Shown here: one piece after another, positions 28,433 through 36,070 of the stretch
Position numbering within the stretch: the first letter of the stretch is position 1
Layout: each line of letters starts with the position of its first letter
Assembly: GCA_014360755.1 (NCBI GenBank)
Contig: JACIWX010000004.1
Location: 13,172 to 77,171 of the forward strand
DNA: 64,000 nucleotides
Direction of reading: 5' to 3'
Source of the DNA: Chloroflexota bacterium
GTDB lineage: Bacteria > Chloroflexota > Anaerolineae > UBA2200
Made by a program: the position numbers and the translations under genes
The notes under the pieces: model-generated
What the model saw: the letters and a program-made list of their open reading frames with translations, nothing else
Told to the model about the DNA's origin: nothing
Database searches by the model: none

Positions 28433-29587
28433 TCATCCTCGATCGGTTTCGTAGTAGGATACGTGTAGAGAGGGCCATAGCCAAGCAGGTGTGGCGGTTA
28501 GGAGAATGGCTAGCCCAAGCGCTGGTGAAAACCCAGGCCAGGGGGAGTAAGGGGGATAGGGATAATAAAACAAGGCTGCGGGGTCCCGCACCTGGGTGTA
28601 GGCAGTGATGGCAAGGGATGCTAGACAAGCCAGGGATACCAGAGTATCCCGTTGTTGCCACAATTCATGGTGGTAGTGCGTACGTTTCAGACGTCTGCCT
28701 TGCGTGTAAAGAGCCGCAAATAAGAGCAATATACCCAGCGCAACTGATAACAGTCCTAGCCACTGTACAGAATCTGTCGCTCGCCACAGGAGACCCACTA
28801 GTAGCGCCAGCAATCCAGCCAACGTTGTCCCACGTTGGAGGTTTGTTGTGCTCCTTTCCGTCGTTGTTGGCATTGGGGAAACGCTCGAATCAGCCACTGC
28901 AAAGCGATCAATCCCGCCAAAGCCGCGTGCCTCCATTGATTCGGCTAGGGTCAAGGAACGCTCCAGGGCTGTCGTCAGTAAAGGCACAAACAGTGGTATC
29001 CAATCTCGGATGGCGCGAAACTTGTGTCCACGGAGGAGCTGAGCTTCCCGTATCTCTCGGAGGCTAGCGATTAGTTGTGGGATAAAAGACAAAGCAATAG
29101 AGACAATCAATCCAGCTTGGTAGAGCCCAGCGGGGAGCCAGCGCAACAATCGGTGTGCATCCAAACCTAGATTAAAGGTGGCAAAAACCAATAGCACGGC
29201 AAAAAGACTGGCGCCATTTGCCAATCCATATAGCAAGGCTTCTAATGTGATTGGTCCGCCGATGAATGGCCAGTTGCGTGGCAGCACCAATAATACGATG
29301 TTGCCGGCATGGGCAAAAAGCAGGTTGAAAAAGAGTGCTACCAACCAGACTGACAAGCCAAAGCGCAGAAAAGCGCTCCACCCTTGGACTTTCCAAGCCT
29401 GACCCGCATGTGAGGACGCATTTCTAGCCCCGGGGTTGGCTTCTGGTTGGTTTGCGCGGCTGACCGCGGCAAAAACCGTGCCCGTGGCTAGGATGAGCAA
29501 TATCGATTGGAGCGGCTGCTGGTTCACCAAGGCTAGGTATGCTGCAGCGCCAAGCCATGCTAGCCAAGTAAGCGTATGGTAGGCCAT
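28433..29587 (-). CDS. ECF transporter transmembrane (T) component, CbiQ/EcfT family, with an extra C-terminal polytopic extension
   Basis: Coupling-helix motifs LREIREAQLLRG and AESMEARGFG. About 130 residues with further hydrophobic helices follow the CbiQ core. Confidence 0.8.
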   Translation of the reverse strand: MAYHTLTWLAWLGAAAYLALVNQQPLQSILLILATGTVFAAVSRANQPEANPGARNASSHAGQAWKVQGWSAFLRFGLSVWLVALFFNLLFAHAGNIVLLVLPRNWPFIGGPITLEALLYGLANGASLFAVLLVFATFNLGLDAHRLLRWLPAGLYQAGLIVSIALSFIPQLIASLREIREAQLLRGHKFRAIRDWIPLFVPLLTTALERSLTLAESMEARGFGGIDRFAVADSSVSPMPTTTERSTTNLQRGTTLAGLLALLVGLLWRATDSVQWLGLLSVALGILLLFAALYTQGRRLKRTHYHHELWQQRDTLVSLACLASLAITAYTQVRDPAALFYYPYPPYSPWPGFSPALGLAILLTATPAWLWPSLHVSYYETDRG

Positions 29588-29590
29588 GAG

Positions 29591-30208
29591 TTACCGCTCC
29601 TGTCGGCGCAAGTGCAGGAAGAAAAAGCTGCCAACTAGCACTGCCGTCATCAGAGCAAAGGCAGCATATTGCATCAGTATAGTGCTTCGGCTATCCCTTG
29701 TGGTAGCATCCAGCTGGTTTGCGGTCACAGCTGCCCCGCGAGCACAAATTTGTTCTACAGGCACAACCGGAGGCGGTTGGCCATTGCTCCAAGCCCAGCC
29801 TTCGATATCGCCATCGCGTACGAGATAATCCGCAGCCCCTACTTGTGAGTAGACCCAACGGCCTTCGCGCCAATGCCAATAACTCCAATAGAGGCATTTT
29901 GCCCCCGTACATTGGCAGAAGCATGGCTCGGTAGGATAATCACAGCCATCCTGGTCGATGCGGCATACCGCGCCGCCCCATGTGACAACGTGCAATCCAG
30001 AGCGCATAAGCAGCTCCAGGCCGCTGAGGCTGTCCTCAGCAAAGGGTATACAGCGCGTGATGTAACTGCCATCGCCCAATTGTATCACCAGGCCAGCACG
30101 ATGGCTTGGTTGAGAGGCTGCCGCTGCAGTGGCGGCGGCATAGTAAGTTATTGCGATGGTGACCAAAGCCAGGGCTAGGATAGCGAGTGCCCATTTATTG
30201 CCATTCAT
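29591..30208 (-). CDS. Exported DUF4430-like (transcobalamin beta-domain-like) protein with a C-terminal membrane anchor
   Basis: N-terminal signal/anchor. YWSYWHWREGRWVYSQVGAADYLVRDGDIEGWAW resembles the DUF4430 pattern GW.Y.VNG....a..Y.l.dGD.i.W.Y. Cys-rich insert CRIDQDGCDYPTEPCFCQCTGAKC. C-terminal TM helix. Confidence 0.5.
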   Translation of the reverse strand: MNGNKWALAILALALVTIAITYYAAATAAAASQPSHRAGLVIQLGDGSYITRCIPFAEDSLSGLELLMRSGLHVVTWGGAVCRIDQDGCDYPTEPCFCQCTGAKCLYWSYWHWREGRWVYSQVGAADYLVRDGDIEGWAWSNGQPPPVVPVEQICARGAAVTANQLDATTRDSRSTILMQYAAFALMTAVLVGSFFFLHLRRQER

Positions 30209-30276
30209 CCGCGATGTTCCTCTAAGGAGAAGTATGGTGACCGGTGTCTTCCTTGACGCCGGTCACCTATTGCTCG

Positions 30277-31245
30277 CTAGCGCAGGCTGCGCAGCGGGAG
30301 GGTCTTGCCCAGCAGGGCTGGGATAGCCTGTACAGTAGCCATAACTGGGCTGCCCACTCCACGCTGGAACTCGATTTTGCCATCTTCCGCTTGCAGTGCG
30401 AGCAACGCGGTCACTGGGTTGCCACCAGCCTTGCTCCATTTCGCATCTTCTGGCTTTTCGCCAACGGCATACAACGCCATAATCACAGCAGCAGTGGAAT
30501 TGGCATTGGTGTCCGTACCCCACTCAGAAGGTTTGATAGCTGGAAACCCGCCGTCATCGTTCTGTTGCTCCAGGAAAAAGGCCAAGGCTTTACGGATCGC
30601 CGGGGAGTTGGTAGGTTCGCCTCCCGCGACAAGCGCCTGCAAGACACAGGAGACAGTATCATTGTCTGGACCAAAAGCGGAAGCCCACGCACCGTTTTCG
30701 AGTTGATAACTTTTGAGCACCGTTAAGGCTTCTGCTGGCACCTCCTGCCCTGCGGCCTTTAGGGCGAGGATAGCCCAGGCTTGGCCCACTGAACCTGGGT
30801 CATAGATTCCCTTGCTGCTGGCAAAGGATTGCAAGCGATCCACGTAATTGATACCCCCAAAGTTCTTGGGGTCAAGACCAGCTGCAACCACTGTTACAAT
30901 CAGTTTGCCTGTTGTCGCTGCATCCATGGCATACTCGTTGCCGTTGGCAGCCAAGTAATCCATGAGCGATGGCTTACCTGCGGCAGAGCGCCATGTCGCG
31001 GGATCGCCACCGCTGGCAACAATCGCCAGCACCGCATCGCAGGTTACGCCAGCGGGATGGCCAAAGCCAATATTGAAACTGCCGTCTTCCTGCAGTTGCG
31101 TACGCAGCCAGGTCAGAGCTTTCTCAGCTGCTTGTTGTCCACGGCTGGGTTGTGTTTTCGGTACACGAGGGCTGCAGGCACTGATGCAGAGCAACGCTAT
31201 AATCAGTGCCAGTGCAGCTAGTAAATACAGTTGTTTTTTTCGCAT
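30277..31245 (-). CDS. Lipoprotein with prenyltransferase/squalene-oxidase-like alpha/alpha-toroid repeats
   Basis: Lipobox LLCISAC. Repeated helical-hairpin units contain DGSF, NGAW, DGGF and DGKI turns, as in terpenoid cyclase / prenyltransferase repeats. Confidence 0.75.
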   Translation of the reverse strand: MRKKQLYLLAALALIIALLCISACSPRVPKTQPSRGQQAAEKALTWLRTQLQEDGSFNIGFGHPAGVTCDAVLAIVASGGDPATWRSAAGKPSLMDYLAANGNEYAMDAATTGKLIVTVVAAGLDPKNFGGINYVDRLQSFASSKGIYDPGSVGQAWAILALKAAGQEVPAEALTVLKSYQLENGAWASAFGPDNDTVSCVLQALVAGGEPTNSPAIRKALAFFLEQQNDDGGFPAIKPSEWGTDTNANSTAAVIMALYAVGEKPEDAKWSKAGGNPVTALLALQAEDGKIEFQRGVGSPVMATVQAIPALLGKTLPLRSLR

Positions 31246-31271
31246 CGCAAGGTCCTTTCTCCGTGTGATGG

Positions 31272-31307
31272 TAAAAAGAAACCCCCTGCCTCTTCGGACA
31301 AGGGGTT
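31272..31307 (-). terminator. Intrinsic terminator in the riboswitch expression platform
   Basis: Minus strand reads AACCCCTTGTC-cgaaga-GGCAGGGGGTT followed by TCTTTTTA. The stem is 11 bp including two G-U pairs. Confidence 0.7.
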
Positions 31308-31367
31308 AAATGGATTTTTTCTCTTTTCTCTCCCACCCCCTTTCTCGCGAAGGGTCGCTAGGAGCAC

Positions 31368-31487
31368 CACAGAGGCGGGTAATCTGGCTCCCTCGGATAA
31401 ACCGAGGCTACAGTTGCGGGACAGCGCCGGACTGAACCGGTCTTCCCCCATCGTCGCCGGGCTTCCGGGCCTTGGGCGACCTCTGTG
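31368..31487 (-). promoter_or_regulatory. Cobalamin (B12) riboswitch aptamer
   Basis: Minus strand has a closing helix CACAGAGG...CCTCTGTG, the core GGGAAGACCGGTTCAGTCCGGCGCTGTCCCGCAACTGTAG, and a B12-box-like GAGCCAGATTACCCGCC. Confidence 0.75.
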
Positions 31488-31511
31488 TTGCAGATATGCG
31501 ATTCATTTGCT

Positions 31512-31540
31512 AATATAGCAAATAAAAATGTTTTCGTCAA
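31512..31540 (-). promoter_or_regulatory. Sigma70-type promoter of the B12-regulated operon
   Basis: Minus strand reads TTGACG (31540-31535), 17 nt, TATATT (31517-31512). Confidence 0.6.
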
Positions 31541-31552
31541 ACACAGTGGCAC

Positions 31553-31730
31553 GAGAGTGTTGAAAAAGCCCTTTCAATGTCATGCTGAACCTTCGCCCTG
31601 AGCCTTGCTCTGAGCGAAGCGAAGGGAAAGCGAAGGGGAAGTGAAGCATCTCGCAGTACTTGGGAAAATACGGCTAAAGTTACGCGAGGCCCTTCGCTTT
31701 GCTCAGGGTGACAGGATTTTCAACACTCTC
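31553..31730 (+). mobile_element. MITE-like palindromic repeat, copy 2 (178 bp)
   Basis: Same termini as copy 1 plus an extra internal hairpin module (cttcgccctgagc...gcgaagg). Flanks are gtggcac / gtggtac. Confidence 0.8.
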
Positions 31731-31807
31731 GTGGTACCGGTTTTTACTAAGACTCGAGAATGCGCGAGATCGCTTACAAAGGATGTAGACATCTGCAGGA
31801 GGGTTTC

Positions 31808-32401
31808 ATGGATAACATTGGTTGGCGCAGGTTGATTTACCTAGTGCTTATCTTGTGGATTGGGCTCCTTCTCTACTCGCTTTTTCGCATCCCCGCGCCG
31901 GCGTTGTATCTGGCTGTGCGGGCCACTGCCTTGTTTAGCTATACAGCCGTTTTCTTAGCCATCCTCTCGGCCGAATACCTGCGCGAAATGCGCAGGCTCT
32001 TTGGCGAGCCTTTCCTTACCGTGCACCACATTTTGGCAGTAGCCGGATTGCTGCTTATGAGCTTGCATGCTGTACTCTTCGCTCTGCTGATGCGTGATAT
32101 AACAGTGTTTTTGCCGCGTTTTGACTCCTTGCGTATTTTCCTATCCTTAGGCGGTCGGCCTGCTCTGTATCTCTTTGCCATAGCCGCGTTGGCAGCAGTA
32201 GTACGAGGTCGTATTCGCCATATCTGGAGAACGATCCACTGGCTCAACTACCTCGCTTTCGCGCTGGCTTTTGTCCACTCCTGGCTGATTGGCACAGATG
32301 TTTCCAACCTCTTGCTGCGCTCCATCTGGGTAGTTCTCGCTGGGATTGTATTATGGGTTTTCATACGCAAGCGGCTGTTGCAGCGCAGAACACGACATTG
32401 A
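31808..32401 (+). CDS. Ferric-reductase-like transmembrane (di-haem, MsrQ/YedZ-like) protein
   Basis: Six hydrophobic helices with conserved His pairs (VHHILAVAGLLLMSLHAV; IHWLNYLAFALAFVHSW). GGAGG Shine-Dalgarno before the ATG at 31808. Confidence 0.6.
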   Translation: MDNIGWRRLIYLVLILWIGLLLYSLFRIPAPALYLAVRATALFSYTAVFLAILSAEYLREMRRLFGEPFLTVHHILAVAGLLLMSLHAVLFALLMRDITVFLPRFDSLRIFLSLGGRPALYLFAIAALAAVVRGRIRHIWRTIHWLNYLAFALAFVHSWLIGTDVSNLLLRSIWVVLAGIVLWVFIRKRLLQRRTRH

Positions 32402-32403
32402 TC

Positions 32404-33654
32404 TTATGCGTCTTCCAGTAACCTTCGCTCGCCAGTCAGTTCGCGGATACGCGTGATGTCCTGTGTCACTTCTATAGTGCCCACATATGCACCATTCTCG
32501 TCACGCACCGCAAAGTAGCGGATGTGCACGAATTTGCCCTTCATCTGAATCCAGAACTCAGCCACGTCTCGCTTGCCTTGCCGGAAATCATCCAAGATGC
32601 GGTTCACCACATGTATACTGGCGGGTGGGTGGCAATTCTGGACTTTACGACCAATAATGGCTTTGGCGCGTGGGAAAATGCGTTCTGGAGTCTGTGAAAA
32701 GTATCTCACAGTATCGTCCTTATCCACAAAGGTGATGTCAACCGGCAGGTGCTTCAGGAGCAAGTTAATTTCCTGGGGCGTCAAACTGCCTGTATCCAGG
32801 GACAAGGCGCTCGGTATCACTTGTGCCTCGGCAGGCTGCGCTGCTGCCGCGGGTTGTTCCTTGGCTACAGCCTGTGGCCATTCATCTCCCGGTTGAATCA
32901 AGCAATAGCCCAGCTCAGCGCTTTGTTCCTTAATTGCCAACCATTCTGCATCTGAGAACCTCTCTAAGGCTGCCGGATAGAGGATGTTGTTCTCCTTGTA
33001 GATCATCTCAGTAATGGCGGTGCTCAAAGGCTGGACTACTTGTTTAATGGCTGCCACCAGCGCAGCGAAATCATAATCTCGGTACTTGGTCAGTATCTGC
33101 TGCAGTTCCTTGAGTTTAGCGCGGATATCGTCATGAATAGCCCACATGACCGAAGATGGCCCGTAGAAACCATGCTTTTCTAGATAGGGGAAGAGCAGGT
33201 TTTCTTTGCGTAAATAGTGTTTATTGACTTGCATCAACCTGTCCAGAGTTTCGCGTGCGCGCTGTATTGGCTCACCTGCCGCCTCAATCGTCCCCGCCGC
33301 GGCTATCTGCTGTATCCTCTCTGCAAGTTCTTCCACTACTTTGGCTATGGCTTCGTTTTCAGCGCGGAAAGTATGCACCGGATGCCCAGGCACCATTTCG
33401 GGTGGCACTTGCTTGTCCAGTGACTCGCGGAACACCTGCACATGGACGTCGCATAGCTCTTTGATCTGCTCGCTAGGCACCCCTTCTGCAATCAGTGCTT
33501 GCTCCATTTGCGCGATTTCCGTCGCGCTGACATCCTTTATGAGCGCACGAAACTCTTCCTTTACCGCTTCAAGGTCACGTCCCTCGTGCAGTTCGCGGAT
33601 GAGTCGTTTTAGCGTTTCCTGTCGGTATTGACGGTTATTGATGTACTCGCTCAT
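32404..33654 (-). CDS. DUF438 protein (hemerythrin-like HHE domain plus C-terminal PAS)
   Basis: The N-terminal LIRELHEGRDLEAVKEEFRALIKDVSATEIAQMEQALI pattern is typical of DUF438. His/Glu-rich central domain; PAS-like C-terminus. Confidence 0.75.
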   Translation of the reverse strand: MSEYINNRQYRQETLKRLIRELHEGRDLEAVKEEFRALIKDVSATEIAQMEQALIAEGVPSEQIKELCDVHVQVFRESLDKQVPPEMVPGHPVHTFRAENEAIAKVVEELAERIQQIAAAGTIEAAGEPIQRARETLDRLMQVNKHYLRKENLLFPYLEKHGFYGPSSVMWAIHDDIRAKLKELQQILTKYRDYDFAALVAAIKQVVQPLSTAITEMIYKENNILYPAALERFSDAEWLAIKEQSAELGYCLIQPGDEWPQAVAKEQPAAAAQPAEAQVIPSALSLDTGSLTPQEINLLLKHLPVDITFVDKDDTVRYFSQTPERIFPRAKAIIGRKVQNCHPPASIHVVNRILDDFRQGKRDVAEFWIQMKGKFVHIRYFAVRDENGAYVGTIEVTQDITRIRELTGERRLLEDA

Positions 33655-33694
33655 TGATCCTCCTCAACCTTTCTCTCAGAAATCTGGTTTGTAA

Positions 33695-34912
33695 TCATCC
33701 TTCCTCACGGATGCTGCGGGCAAAGGCAGCGGCGAGTTCCTCTGCTTTGTGCAGGTCTTCGAGGGTTGGTGCCCCCTGAAATTCCAACGGAGTGAATTGT
33801 TCCCATTTTAAAGTTTGTGCGATGGCATCAAACTCGCGCTGGGCCCCACCTGACCAGCCATACGACCCATAACGGAAAACTTTTTTATTGGTCATATTCT
33901 TGCGCATAATGCTGTCCAGGACATGCGCCATAGGCGGGAACAGCTTGGTCTCGTAAGTCGGAGCGCCAACAACAACGCCCTTGTTCTTAAAGACGGAAGC
34001 CAGGATGTAAGATTCATCTGCCAAGGGTACTTCAAAGACTTCCATGGGCACTTGCTCGCGGGCGATGCCGCGCATTACGGCATCGGTGGCGATTTTGGTA
34101 TTGCCGTACATGCTGCTCCAAAGCAAGGTAATGCCCTTTTCAGCCTTTCCGGTGGGGTATTCGGCGAATTTCTTGTAATAGGCGACCACCTCTCCAGGGT
34201 TTTTGCGCCAGACCAAGCCATGGGAGGGCGCAATCACAGAGACTTCTGTCCCGGCCAGTTTGTCAATAGCCCGCAGCACCATGCGGGAAAAGTTCGCCAC
34301 GATGTTGGCATAGTAGCGCAGCATTTCATCGTAATAGAAAGCCCAGTCGGATTCCTGAACCTGGTCGTCAAAAAGGATGCCTTTCAACGCACCAAAGCCA
34401 CCGAACGCATCGCAGGAAAACAACACTTTCGTTGTGAGTTCGTAGGTCATCATCGTTTCAGGCCAATGGACAAATGGCGTGTGGACAAAAAGTAGCCTCT
34501 TGCCTCCACCTAAGTCGAGCTGTTCGCCATCCTCCACCGCTTTTAGCCCTTCGGTGATGCCAAAGAAGTGTTTGGTCATCTCGATTCCCTTGGGCGTGGA
34601 AATAATGACCGCTTGCGGGGCTATGCGGCGAAAGTTCTGCACAAACTCTGTATGATCTGGTTCTAGATGGTTCAAGATGACATAGTCAACATCCTGCGGT
34701 GCTATGCCTGTGGAGTGCAATTGGGTGAGGAGGTTGCGCGAACTGCCGCTCCACTCACGCACCAAGTCGATAATGGCGGTCTTTTCACCCTTTACCAAGT
34801 AGGAGTTAAGGGATACGCCATGCGGAATGGGCCAGAGGCCCTCAAACAAGTCATGCGATCTGACATTGACGCCAATCCACCAAATTCCTGGCTTAATTTC
34901 TATTGCAGTCAT
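33695..34912 (-). CDS. Flavodiiron protein (FprA-type A-flavoprotein, O2/NO reductase)
   Basis: Metallo-beta-lactamase-like di-iron motif NHLEPDH plus a C-terminal flavodoxin domain (LLWSSMYGNT). Confidence 0.9.
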   Translation of the reverse strand: MTAIEIKPGIWWIGVNVRSHDLFEGLWPIPHGVSLNSYLVKGEKTAIIDLVREWSGSSRNLLTQLHSTGIAPQDVDYVILNHLEPDHTEFVQNFRRIAPQAVIISTPKGIEMTKHFFGITEGLKAVEDGEQLDLGGGKRLLFVHTPFVHWPETMMTYELTTKVLFSCDAFGGFGALKGILFDDQVQESDWAFYYDEMLRYYANIVANFSRMVLRAIDKLAGTEVSVIAPSHGLVWRKNPGEVVAYYKKFAEYPTGKAEKGITLLWSSMYGNTKIATDAVMRGIAREQVPMEVFEVPLADESYILASVFKNKGVVVGAPTYETKLFPPMAHVLDSIMRKNMTNKKVFRYGSYGWSGGAQREFDAIAQTLKWEQFTPLEFQGAPTLEDLHKAEELAAAFARSIREEG

Positions 34913-34941
34913 TTTGCTCCTTTCTGAGAGGGCTGTAGATT

Positions 34942-35030
34942 GAGAGCGCTGAAAAAGTCCGCACTGTCATGCTGAGGCGAAGCCGAAGCATCTCGAAGAA
35001 ATGGTGACCTCTGAATGTTTTTCAACGCTC
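34942..35030 (+). mobile_element. MITE-like repeat, short derivative, copy 4 (89 bp)
   Basis: Termini gagagcgctgaaaaag / tgtttttcaacgctc, core gtcatgctgag..gaagcatctc. Flanked by tagatt on both sides. Confidence 0.65.
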
Positions 35031-35105
35031 CTAGATTTTTGTACGGAAAATGGACAAAACCCATTTCAGGTAAATGATAATGCGGGTAGTGAGATGTCCG
35101 TGAAG

Positions 35106-36062
35106 TCATCGGTTGATGGAAGCAGCCATGCGCCGATAGGTATGGCGGTGGCCACGGATAGCGAGCGAAAAAGCGATGATATTTTCTGGAATGGCCATGC
35201 CGCTGTATCCTGCGTCGCCAATGTGCAGAATGTCCGCTCCGGTCATCTTGCTCAGCAAAGCGATGCGTCGCACCGTATCCTCATCGCTGCCTTCCTGGGA
35301 TGTGCCTATCGCCGTCATGGCTAGTTTGCCCAGGTTGTGCGCTAGGTCCACAAGGGCTTTGATCGCCTCCAGTGTGGCGCCTGGTGTGGTGCCAGGAGCA
35401 GGTACGAGGATCACGTCCGCCCCGGCTGTGGCGAACTGCTCCACTGCTTCTGCGGAGACAATGCCCGCTGCGCCCAGCCCCGCTCCATGCATTTTCCCCG
35501 CAATAATGATGAGACGGTCGCCAAGGGCTTGGGCAATCTCTGCAGTTGCCTGCGCGATGGTTTCTGTGGAGACACCAGAACCTGGGTTGCCCGTTAACAC
35601 CAGGTAATCAGCTCCCAACTCCCATGCCCGGCGAGCATTCTCCACTGTCGCTACCCGCCCGCGGTACTCTTCGCTGATCCTCTCCGCTGGCACTGGCTCC
35701 AGGTTGATGCCAACCGGTCGGCCTACTAACGTTTTCACCTCATGGATCGTCATATTGATGCCTGCAGGTAACTTTGGAAGTATGGGCACTCCCGGCAACG
35801 TTGGCAGTGCCCCTTTGCGATAGCCCATGACCAAGGGCTGGAGCACGTCATAGACATTGAGGGTGATTAAATCCGCACCGCATGCAGCGGCGACCTCAGC
35901 GTTGGTCACGCCATCTATCAATGGCAGTGTGGTACAGACCACCTCCGCGCACACAGTACGGCCCTCAGCGAGGCGGATGCTTTCCAAAAGATCCGCTTTA
36001 CTCATGGCACAAAAATCACTGGCATAAGCATCAAGGATTCGTTTTACCACGTTTTTCTCCAT
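35106..36062 (-). CDS. Conserved hypothetical protein, probably a TIM-barrel enzyme, last gene of the PTS operon
   Basis: A recurrent strand-end pattern GAD(L/Y/V/I) occurs five times (GADLITLN, GADYLVLTG, GADVILVP, GADILHIG). No catalytic motif recognised. Confidence 0.4.
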   Translation of the reverse strand: MEKNVVKRILDAYASDFCAMSKADLLESIRLAEGRTVCAEVVCTTLPLIDGVTNAEVAAACGADLITLNVYDVLQPLVMGYRKGALPTLPGVPILPKLPAGINMTIHEVKTLVGRPVGINLEPVPAERISEEYRGRVATVENARRAWELGADYLVLTGNPGSGVSTETIAQATAEIAQALGDRLIIIAGKMHGAGLGAAGIVSAEAVEQFATAGADVILVPAPGTTPGATLEAIKALVDLAHNLGKLAMTAIGTSQEGSDEDTVRRIALLSKMTGADILHIGDAGYSGMAIPENIIAFSLAIRGHRHTYRRMAASINR

Positions 36063-36070
36063 CCAAACGT

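Noticed and set aside
31641-31835. 64-aa ORF and neighbouring short ORFs over 31218-31607
   Set aside because: They lie within MITE copy 2, the riboswitch leader or the promoter. They have no RBS or coding signature.
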